NCBI GenBank assembly: GCA_024626585.2
Contig: JANKJI020000002.1
Location: forward strand, 68,463,222-68,482,975
DNA from: Ginkgo biloba
Lineage: Eukaryota; Plantae; Ginkgophyta
Reading direction: 5' to 3'
DNA: 19,754 bases
The position numbers and the translations under genes were made by a program. Below, one piece after another: positions 10,845 through 19,754 of the stretch (position 1 is its first letter; the number at the start of each line of letters is the position of its first letter). The notes under the pieces were generated by a model. It did not search any database, was not told the origin of the DNA, and saw nothing but the letters and a program-made list of their open reading frames with translations.

Positions 10845-13505
10845 TCACCAATAATCTCCACATGACCACATCCCATCTTTGAAATGATGGAAGNNNNNNN
10901 NNNNNNNNNNNNNNNNNNNNNNNNNNNNNNNNNNNNNNNNNNNNNNNNNNNNNNNNNNNNNNNNNNNNNNNNNNNNNNNNNNNNNNNNNNNNNNNNNNNN
11001 NNNNNNNNNNNNNNNNNNNNNNNNNNNNNNNNNNNNNNNNNNNNNNNNNNNNNNNNNNNNNNNNNNNNNNNNNNNNNNNNNNNNNNNNNNNNNNNNNNNN
11101 NNNNNNNNNNNNNNNNNNNNNNNNNNNNNNNNNTTCATCTGCCTGGCTAGTATATCCAATGCAGTATGGATATCTTTTGTTTGCGGATGTGAGCTGTCTC
11201 CCACGTGGAATGTATGCACCCTGTTATTGATCACAATCCAGCTGCATCCTGGTTCTTTCTTTACCCCTCGGTCTTTCATTGCTTTTCTGACCTTTTCTAC
11301 ATCATCCCACCTGCCAAGTGCAGCATAAATATTTGAAAGCACTACATAATGTCCTGAGCTCTGTGGCTCTAGCTCATAAAGGTGTTCTGCTGCAATTTTT
11401 CCTAAACCCATATTGTTATGGACTCTGCAACCACCAAGCAATGCTCCCCACACAGCAGCATCGTGATCAAAAGGCATCTTTTTTATTAAGCTATATGCCT
11501 CATTCAGGTGCCCAGCACGGGCAAGAAGGTCAACCATACATGCATAGTGCTCCACTTTTGATGCAATACCATGATCCTGACTCATGGACTGAAAATAGTG
11601 CCAACCTTCATCCACTAAGCCTGCATGTCCACATGCAGATAGAACACCTACAAAAGTGATGTCATCTGGCTTCATGCCTGACTTTTGCATCTTTTCAAAA
11701 AGCTGGAGCGCTTCCTTACCCTGTCCATGCTTGCTATATCCTACTATCATTGCATTCCAGGAGACTACATCCAATTGAGACATTTCATCAAACACATGGT
11801 GTGCCTTCACTATGCTCCCACATTTGGCATACATGTCAATAAGGGCAGTCCCCGTTATCACTTTCAACTCAAATCCACTTCTGATTATGCATGCATGGAC
11901 CTGCTTGCCCTGTTCCAGAGCTGCTAGGCTGGCACATGAACTGAGAGCACATGCAAAAGCAGACTGGTCAAGCTTCATACCTGCATGATGCATTTGTTGA
12001 AAAATATGGAAGGCCTTCTTGCTATACCCATGCTTACCATATCCTGCAAGCATTGCAGTTCTGACAACCATGTCTCGTTCAGGTATTGTGTTATAAACTT
12101 TGTGTGCATCCTCTATACTCCCGCAATTGGCATACATGTGAATAATAGCACTCCCAACATAGGTATTTGAATCAAATCCAATTTTGATAATGTGGGCATG
12201 AATGTGCTTCCCATGTTGGAGACATGCTGCATTCCTACATGCACTCAACACACTTGAAATGATGAACTCGTCCATCTTCACTCCCAAACTTTGCATTTGG
12301 CAGAAGAGCATCAGAGCCTCCTCCCCATTCCCAAGTTTTTCATATCCTACAATTAATGCAGTCCATGAAACCACATCTCGTTCTGGCATTCTGTCAAACA
12401 CTTGGCGTGCATCAACTAAATTTCCACACTTGGCGTACATGTCAACAAGGGCACTCCCCACGTAAACATTTGACTCAAATCCAGTTTTGGTAACATAAGC
12501 GTGAACCTGTCTACCCTTACCCGGACTTTCTAAACCAGCACAAGCTCTAAGAAGACTGGTAACAGTGAACTTGTTGGAGGTTACTCCCGCCCTTTGCATT
12601 TCGTAAAATAGTGCCAGAGCTTTTTCGCCGTGCCCCTGCTGGGCATATCCTGAAATCATTGCAGACCATGAAACAACATCCCGTATAGACATTTTGTCGA
12701 ACACATGGCGCGCATTTGCCAGACTTCCACACTTCGCATACATGTCAAGAAGGACACTACCCAGGTATACATTTGACTCCAATTCATTTTTAATGATGCG
12801 TGCATGGACCTGCCTACCTTGTTCGAGGCCTTCTAAAGCAGCAGCCACTTTGAGGATACTCACAAATGTGAATTCATTAGGCTCGATACCCGCGTGTTGC
12901 ATTTCTCGAAAAAGATACAAACCGTCTTCAGTAAGTCCATTCTGTGCACACCCTGCAATCATAGCAGCCCAGGTAACTTTATCTCGTTTACTCATGTTGT
13001 CAAACACTTGGCGAGCTCCCCACAAATTGCTGCATTTGATATACATGCTTAGAAGATTGTTCTCCAAATAAATACCAGGTTTAAATCCAGTTTTGATCAT
13101 ACGGACATGAACCCGGGTACCTTCTTTGAGCGATTTTGTGTCTACGCAACTCTGCAATATCGAAGCATAGGTATTGGAGTCTGGTAAAACGCCTAAATGG
13201 TTCATAAGATGCATATTGTCCACTACCTGCTTCAATCGCCCCCCCTCCTTGTTCAACGTCCACACGTCCCCATTGATACCCTTAAAGTCCTTTTTGTCTT
13301 TAGATTTTCCCTTTAATTTCTCTCCTGGTTTTCCTTCAATAGTTGGAATGGTATTGTTCAAGGTCTGGCTATTTTGAGGTACAAGGTCAGCGAATAAACC
13401 CATTTTCTTGCACTTGCTATCATTGCAGAGTTGAAAACCTGAATAGATTTGGTTTTGGCTATAATGTTGTGGAATCGCTACTGTATGTGTTAGTGCCATT
13501 GCCAT
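10845..13505 (-). CDS. PLS-class PPR protein with E1, E2 and DYW (PG-box type) domains; predicted organellar C-to-U RNA editing factor
   Basis: 886-codon ORF, intronless in the visible part, with plant-type ATGGC start context. After about 110 aa of N-terminal extension I parse L-S-(P-L-S)x4-P2-L2-S2, 17 motifs (e.g. VVSWSAMISGYAQQG, VYVGSALVDMYAKCG, ITFVGVLSACGHAGLVDEG, EHYACMVDLLARAGHL). These are followed by E1 (VWGALLGGCRVH), E2 (YVVLSNIYAALGRW), PG box (EPGCSWI), HTFHVGDSSHP and terminal FHHFKDGMWSCGDYW*. The HxE/CxxC core falls in the N gap 10894-11133. Confidence 0.95.
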   Translation of the reverse strand: MAMALTHTVAIPQHYSQNQIYSGFQLCNDSKCKKMGLFADLVPQNSQTLNNTIPTIEGKPGEKLKGKSKDKKDFKGINGDVWTLNKEGGRLKQVVDNMHLMNHLGVLPDSNTYASILQSCVDTKSLKEGTRVHVRMIKTGFKPGIYLENNLLSMYIKCSNLWGARQVFDNMSKRDKVTWAAMIAGCAQNGLTEDGLYLFREMQHAGIEPNEFTFVSILKVAAALEGLEQGRQVHARIIKNELESNVYLGSVLLDMYAKCGSLANARHVFDKMSIRDVVSWSAMISGYAQQGHGEKALALFYEMQRAGVTSNKFTVTSLLRACAGLESPGKGRQVHAYVTKTGFESNVYVGSALVDMYAKCGNLVDARQVFDRMPERDVVSWTALIVGYEKLGNGEEALMLFCQMQSLGVKMDEFIISSVLSACRNAACLQHGKHIHAHIIKIGFDSNTYVGSAIIHMYANCGSIEDAHKVYNTIPERDMVVRTAMLAGYGKHGYSKKAFHIFQQMHHAGMKLDQSAFACALSSCASLAALEQGKQVHACIIRSGFELKVITGTALIDMYAKCGSIVKAHHVFDEMSQLDVVSWNAMIVGYSKHGQGKEALQLFEKMQKSGMKPDDITFVGVLSACGHAGLVDEGWHYFQSMSQDHGIASKVEHYACMVDLLARAGHLNEAYSLIKKMPFDHDAAVWGALLGGCRVHNNMGLGKIAAEHLYELEPQSSGHYVVLSNIYAALGRWDDVEKVRKAMKDRGVKKEPGCSWIVINNRVHTFHVGDSSHPQTKDIHTALDILARQMXXXXXXXXXXXXXXXXXXXXXXXXXXXXXXXXXXXXXXXXXXXXXXXXXXXXXXXXXXXXXXXXXXXXXXXXXXXXXXXXXFHHFKDGMWSCGDYW
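10894..11133. other. 240-N assembly gap inside the DYW domain
   Basis: The N run preserves the reading frame. Six other gaps are exactly 100 N (starting 2008, 3209, 4466, 8395, 13658, 15529) and are probably unknown-size placeholders. Confidence 0.95.
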
Positions 13506-13600
13506 AAATAAAGAGTATCAGCAATGCTGCGATAATCTGGCGGAGAGCCGAAGGGAAGAAAGTGAAAGGTGGAAGCGCAGTTCTGCCACAACTATAACTT
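13506..13600 (-). promoter_or_regulatory. Probable 5' UTR / core promoter of the PPR gene
   Basis: Directly upstream of the ATG. The minus strand has a pyrimidine-rich Y-patch-like tract (cttccacctttcactttcttcccttc) and retains CpGs, unlike the TE flanks. No clear TATA box, and the TSS cannot be determined. Confidence 0.4.
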
Positions 13601-14534
13601 TATTCTATTTTTATTTTGTTTCATTTTCGTTCCCATCTTGGGTTGTTGACCCGTTTTNNNNNNNNNNNNNNNNNNNNNNNNNNNNNNNNNNNNNNNNNNN
13701 NNNNNNNNNNNNNNNNNNNNNNNNNNNNNNNNNNNNNNNNNNNNNNNNNNNNNNNNNACAATTTGTTTGTTGTAATCAATATTATCATTGCTGTAATTTC
13801 AACACTTGGTCAAATGAAAAATATTCAATACAAGTGCGGGGCCCTTCGCAACTAATGTTGCATTTATCCTCTCTGACCAGATTTACAAAGTCATAGCAAT
13901 ATACACATAATAACTTAAGACAACCAACACATATATTGACAATAGGACCATATACTTGACTAACAACTCGACACGATGTCGAAAACTACTTAAACTAAGA
14001 ACTAACACATCATCCCAACATTAATTCCCATGACACTTTTGGTTTTGTCATGCACTAAATTATAGACGCAATAAACCTTTGACTTGGGTAGACTTGTAAC
14101 TACACTCTTTGATAGATTTTCATGGTCAGAGATGTAATATCTCACTATGCCGTATGCCAAAAATACATCAACTTTTGTGAAAGATTTACTTTGACTTGAT
14201 AAAAATAATTCTAACCCCCTAGTTAAACTTTAGCCCCATATCTCCACACCATATGACCATAATTTACCACTTGATATATCAAAATTAAAACTATTAATTT
14301 TTTTTTTATTATTTATATTATTTTCCTATTGCTCTGATTGTTTGATGCATGTGTCCAATTTGTTGCATCTTAATCCATGGTTGTTTTCTCCATCTGTGTT
14401 ATTTTTCTTTATACCCGACCTACCTAATACTGAAGAAGCTTGAAAAGGGGCTATACACCAATGAATAATGTAGGTAATGGTAAATGATGAGCAGGCCAAC
14501 AACTACAATAATCTTATTCCAAGAGGCATACAAT

Positions 14535-14700
14535 GCTCTGATAGAAATTGAACCTTTGATAAGAATATATTCTCTGGTGTGATAGGAGAAGAACATACCT
14601 CTACTTGAACTACAATCTGGTAAATATTAACGCAAATGCCTCTGATAATGCTTCAACACCTTGCCGAACAAATGGAACCTTATATAGGTTATAGAATCAT
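14535..14700 (-). mobile_element. Possible degraded tRNA-Met PBS and adjacent LTR end
   Basis: gctctgatagaa (14535-14546) is 10/12 identical to the reverse complement of the PBS TGGTATCAGAGC and is followed by ATTG. A minus-strand cctatataagg TATA-like motif lies near 14680. No coding remnant supports the call. Confidence 0.25.
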
Positions 14701-15731
14701 GATCATCAGGATTAATTGGACATAATTCCTATTCTATGTAGGATTTCTTTCTATAAAACCTGATTCTTCATTAAATTAGTCTCTATCCTGGTCTCTGCTA
14801 ATTCATGGCATCAACTAAATTAATAATTCTTCTCTCTTTGAATCCTACTAGAGTCTTCGATGACATCTACACTAACCTAGTGTTATAGGAGTAATCTATC
14901 GTAAATACCTAGAAAAGACCCTAAAGGATTCCAAACTAGGACATATCGAGATGAACAAAAGTATAAATAGAATAATTTTTAATTCTTTATTAGATATTAT
15001 TTAGGGCATATAATGGGTACTCATAATATAGATCGTCCCTCCTTTCATTAATAGTATTACTACAAAATTCTAAAAATATAGATCTTTATACAAAATGGAG
15101 GCAAAAATAAACTTGAATTATCTCCTCATTAGATGTGTAGACATATCACCATTACAACTCCATATATGAACATGGGAAAAGATGCCACATGTTGACAATA
15201 ATTTTCCAATGGAGGATAAAATCAATCACATATAGATATGTGCAAGAAGAATCCTTCACAAGATGAGCACATACCTATGAGTACCAAACAACTCTATTAA
15301 GATGAGGGGTATTCCCAAAATCTAGGACTTCCCTAAGCATTATAACCAATAGGACTTACTTATGCTCATTGTCTCTTCCATTGATAAGATGCATCCATAC
15401 ATTTATAGGCAGTGGAGGTAGTTCCACCATGTAGTTGCATACCTAATTACTCAATGTACAATAATAAAGGGACATTAAGAAGTGTGTTATATTATTGTCC
15501 AACAAATAATAACTCATTTTTAGATTTCNNNNNNNNNNNNNNNNNNNNNNNNNNNNNNNNNNNNNNNNNNNNNNNNNNNNNNNNNNNNNNNNNNNNNNNN
15601 NNNNNNNNNNNNNNNNNNNNNNNNNNNNTTTAAATGTAAATTTATAAATTATGTAAATGATTGATTTTTTTTCACAACATTTGATTTTAATAATTAAAAT
15701 TTGATCAACCTCGAAAGGATCTTATGTTGCC

Positions 15732-15915
15732 ATATATCCATTGTATATTCTATTATGTGAGTAACAGAGGATACTCAACCTCTCTTACTCATGTATTGGA
15801 GGATACATAATAGAGGTATATGTTCTGAAACATCTATTACACGACCTCTATTATATAAGTAAGAGAGGTTGTGAATCTTATATTACCCATATAATAGAGT
15901 ATACGATAGATACAT
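15732..15915. repeat. Fold-back inverted repeat (MITE-like)
   Basis: Arms 15732-15802 and 15845-15915 align without gaps at 56/71 identity (hand count). Weaker pairing continues inward to a loop of about 12 nt and outward to about 15705/15943. Confidence 0.9.
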
Positions 15916-16826
15916 AATATCATATCCTCCATTGAAGGTTAGATATATAAAATAGAGATAGGTACACAACCACATATATCTATTAGAGTTATGATAAAAC
16001 CTGGGACCTATTTTCCTCTCTATTACTTGCAAAGAATAGATCAATTAAGACTTTATGTTTCATATAGATTGAACATTAAATGAATGAAAATGATTCCTCT
16101 AGTTATTAACTCTCTCAATGGATACATGTGTTAAGAAATGTGGATGCTTAGACCTAATAGGTAATTATTTTATAGTTTATATAGATATAATTTGTACAAA
16201 TAAAAAATATGGTGTCTTTCTACAATGGTTTTAAATCATGGCAATCCTTCATTCCTTGAGGAAAGTCCTGAAACATTTCTCACTAGCATGTTTATTCCCT
16301 AAAGAAAGATCATTTATCATAAATGTTATAGAAATCAGAAAGGCATGCCTATTCTAAAAATAAACAACAATATTATTTTTTTATTACTATCTTCCAATTA
16401 TCCAAATGTAAAAGAAATTATTATTCCTTATAGAATAATAATGAATAGATATAGTTGTTGTTGTAAGGAACAAAACTAATATTCTTTACATAATAATGAC
16501 TCATAGAGATACAAAACCATGAATACAACACTATTATTCTCCATCAACAAATCACGGAAGAGGACAACGACTACAAAGACATTAAAAATAAATTATTATT
16601 GAATATTTCTCCATCATAATGTGATATAAAGAACAATTAATATTTGTATGTATAAAAAAGTTTGAAGATAAAATGATGTAAAATAATTGACCTGACTTAC
16701 TCTACGTATATAGCTAAAATAATTGGAGGTGTAATAAGTGTGGATGGACATACATTTCCAACATTTTTAGGAACATAATTCAAAATTTTATCCAATTAAA
16801 TTTACAGATGGATGTGCACTTCTAAT

Positions 16827-16830
<4 letters not shown>

Positions 16831-16863
<33 letters not shown>

Positions 16864-16872
16864 TGTGTGTGT
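16831..16872. repeat. Compound microsatellite (CT)14 followed by (TG)5
   Basis: Read directly from the sequence. Confidence 0.95.
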
Positions 16873-17281
16873 ATTCTAAATATAGATTATAAATATGTTG
16901 TTGAGTCAACCATAGTTTAGTACTAAATTAATTATCATTACATATAACTAACATAATTATATAACGATATGATCAATTAAATTATTTTATTATTTTTATA
17001 GAGAGTTTAGATATATATTCAAATGACTATTTGTTATTACTAACCTAACCATAGTTAAGTAGAAAATCATTCTTGAGTCAGTGGGGGTTTGAACATAGGT
17101 GCAACATATATCAAATCAGAAGGAAAAAATTATTTGGGATAAAATTGTATTCATCTACAAGGCATTAGATATCAGGATATGAATGTAGGAACAAAACAGG
17201 TTAGATTTTAAAGGATGTAAGGCATATTATAGGGAAATAATATAAAGTTGTAAGTCTTTGGGGGTTTTGAATCAAGATTTG

Positions 17282-17389
17282 GGAGGTGATCAATAGAGGA
17301 TGAGGTGAGGCATACTTAGGAGGTGCACAATAGAGGATGATAGTTTAAATTAGGACATGCATAAAAGATGACCAAGGTTTAAATTAGGA
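17282..17389. repeat. Two pairs of short direct repeats, probably within an old TE
   Basis: ggaggtg(at/ca)caatagaggatga at 17282-17303 and 17319-17340; gtttaaattagga at 17343-17355 and 17377-17389. Confidence 0.7.
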
Positions 17390-18600
17390 AATCAGTGAAG
17401 TCAAACATTGGTCAATAACCCTATAGGGGGTTGTAACCCTTTGGGCATGATAAATTTTGCTAAAAGGGGGGGAAACTCCATCACCTAAACCATGGGGGAC
17501 TAGGGTTTAAGATAGTCCTTATAATGGGGAAGGAAGATAAAAAATTAAAGATGTGCATGGATGTGCTTGGGACAATGAGATCCTATCTTGAAATCTCCAA
17601 ATATGACATGAATCTTTAGGAATACCTAAGAATAAAATAAGAAAAAATATTTATTCAGTGAATAAATTTTTTATTTTTTATGAAGAGAATGGAAATTAGT
17701 AAATTTAACAAGGACATGCATAAGAATATCAAGATTATTTATAGGAGGAAATTTTGAAGATATCCTTGGCCATGTTGATGAAGATACATCTGTAAGTAAA
17801 TTTTTATAGTATGATATTAGGGATGTATGTGTGGATCACCAATCCAGAACCTTGATCAAGAAATTTAATGGCATTATATTGAGTGATGTACCTGCTTGGT
17901 GTTGAAGGATTTATTATCAACATGCAACACAAATTATTTTAATCAATCTAAGGGGGTAATCCTCTTTCTTCTTCTTATGTACTCTTTGTCTTTAGAAAAT
18001 GGCTTGTTTGGCTAGTTTGTATGGACTATACGCCCTTTATGTTAAATGAAATTTCTCCACCATATTTTTTTGTACAATTTTCTCTTTACTGCATCGGTGC
18101 ATGCTCTTAGATTGTGCACTTACGCAGTACCATATAATTATGGTGTGCTTGCATGGTATTGACTATGCAACACCAGAAACCCAAAAATGAGAACTTTCTC
18201 TTATGTTCCACTTGCATAAAACCTAAGGTTGATTTGTACCTACCCTATGAAGATGTCCAATCAACTTATAAAGAATATTTATGCTATTATATGCATTCAA
18301 TATGAATTAAAATATAAGATCTATCACCATCAACTAGAATCTAAGATAAATCAAGACAAATATTCATTCACATAAGCCTTGGTCAATAAACCAAACTCTC
18401 TCTATTTCACTTTTCCTATTCCAATGAATTACAAGAAGAAAGAATGAATAATAAAATTATGCATGAAGTGAAANNNNNNNNNNNNNNNNNNNNNNNNNNN
18501 NNNNNNNNNNNNNNNNNNNNNNNNNNNNNNNNNNNNNNNNNNNNNNNNNNNNNNNNNNNNNNNNTTTCCTCCAATATCTAACAACATCATATTATTTTAG

Positions 18601-18845
18601 TTAATGTATAGTTAAGGTTACATTAATGATAATAATAAGACTTTGCACATTAACCTAATTAAAAGATACTAAGATACTTTATTATCCCATGCTTAATGAA
18701 GTAAGAAGAGGGATATTATGAGATAGAAAGAGAAAACCCTAAGGTAAAAAACTCTTCATTGATTTCCTTTGGTTATAGCCCCTTCAATAGGCTTAAATCC
18801 ATAGAACCACTTTCTATTCCCATCCTAGTTACGATGAAACATTAA
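18601..18845 (-). mobile_element. Possible degraded 3' LTR of the adjacent Gypsy remnant
   Basis: Begins just after the purine tract, contains a minus-strand AATAAA (about 18683-18678) and is bounded by inverted TTAATG...CATTAA. The canonical TG...CA ends are not intact and the partner LTR lies outside the window. Confidence 0.3.
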
Positions 18846-19754
18846 TTACTTCCCTCTTCGAAAGGAATGGACCCCATTGCTTGATCCATACCATATGATA
18901 TCTCTTCCACATCTTGTCCATAGAAAACATTGGAACTCTAATCCTTCCAACAAGGACTGACTCTGGGTACTCTAATCTCCCCAAATAGGAAATATCATTG
19001 ATAGGCTTGTTCTACTTCTATATTCAATTCTTCTTCCTTTACCTTTGTTGTTAAGATAAACTTCCTTGGAGATTGTATCACTTGCTTGTCTCTCACTCTA
19101 GAGACCAAAGCTACCAACTTGGAAATTAGAATCTATTTGAGAATGAAAGGTTATTAATCCTTCTCTANNNNNNNNNNNNNNNNNNNNNNNNNNNNNNNNN
19201 NNNNNNNNNNNNNNNNNNNNNNNNNNAAATATTAGTGCAATCCATTGGCACTACATCACATGTCACTTCATGAATATAATCCTTGGTTATTGCAAATTTA
19301 AAAGTGCACCTATGTGTCACTTGATCGCTCTCCTCTCTATTATTTCCACTGATATCATATGGGTTAGTATACTCCTTAAGGTCTACACCTAAATCCTTTA
19401 CCATACTAGTCAAAACCAAGTTCCTTTGGCTCCTACTATCAAGAAAAGTTAAAATATTTCTATTCTTCACTTGTATTCGCATGGTAAAAAGACTCTCNNN
19501 NNNNNNNNNNNNNNNNNNNNNNNNNNNNNNNNAATAACTATCATGGAATCTAGATCATATGATGTGTCAATAGGATCTATCAATTTCTTCTTCTCACACT
19601 TTTACCAATGCAGTGATCTAGGTTCCTTTTCTGGATGAAACTTCCAACAACCCTCTTTATCATGTCTTATTCTTCCACAATGTGAACATGTCTTGGAGCC
19701 ATCTTACTTCTTCCTTCATGTTGAACTTGTCTTCTTCTTAGTCCCTTTCTTCTT
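18846..19754 (-). mobile_element. Decayed Ty3/Gypsy internal region: gag CCHC knuckle plus aspartic protease, then probable PPT; no RT/RNase H/integrase visible
   Basis: CSHCGRIRHDKEGCWKFHPE (CX2CX4HX4C) at about 19688-19629. Protease LFTMRIQVKNRNILTFLDSRSQRNL...CTFKFAITKDYIHEVTCDVVPMDC at 19497-19227, with active site DSG changed to DSR. Purine tract gaagagggaag at about 18860-18850. The element runs off the window end. Confidence 0.88.

Noticed and set aside
11318-13377. Several 60-125 aa ORFs antisense or out of frame within the PPR gene
   Set aside because: Shadow ORFs of a repetitive coding region, with no recognisable domains.
14230-14265. Minus-strand YGVEIWG resembling a LINE RT C-terminal motif
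   Set aside because: An isolated 7-aa match followed by a stop, with no flanking similarity.

Overview
Eukaryotic land-plant nuclear DNA, most likely a gymnosperm. The taxon is inferred from the style of the PPR protein, the Ty3/Gypsy remnants and the AT-rich, CpG-poor intergenic DNA. The assembly is a draft with 14 N-runs. One apparently intact gene is present: an intronless PLS-class pentatricopeptide repeat protein with E1-E2-DYW domains (minus strand, 10845-13505), a predicted organellar C-to-U RNA-editing factor. Its catalytic deaminase core lies under a 240-N gap. About 2.5 kb downstream, on the same strand, is a truncated and degenerate aldose 1-epimerase (galactose mutarotase) fragment abutting a small repeat-rich element. 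The flanks hold two decayed Ty3/Gypsy remnants (a gag, and a gag-knuckle/protease element lacking RT-RH-IN), a roughly 185-240 bp fold-back element, short tandem duplications and microsatellites. I cannot support a wholly new biological system here. The best leads concern the PPR: a predicted GAAGGAGGnGU target that resembles a Shine-Dalgarno sequence, and a Cys-to-Trp change in the terminal CSC zinc motif.
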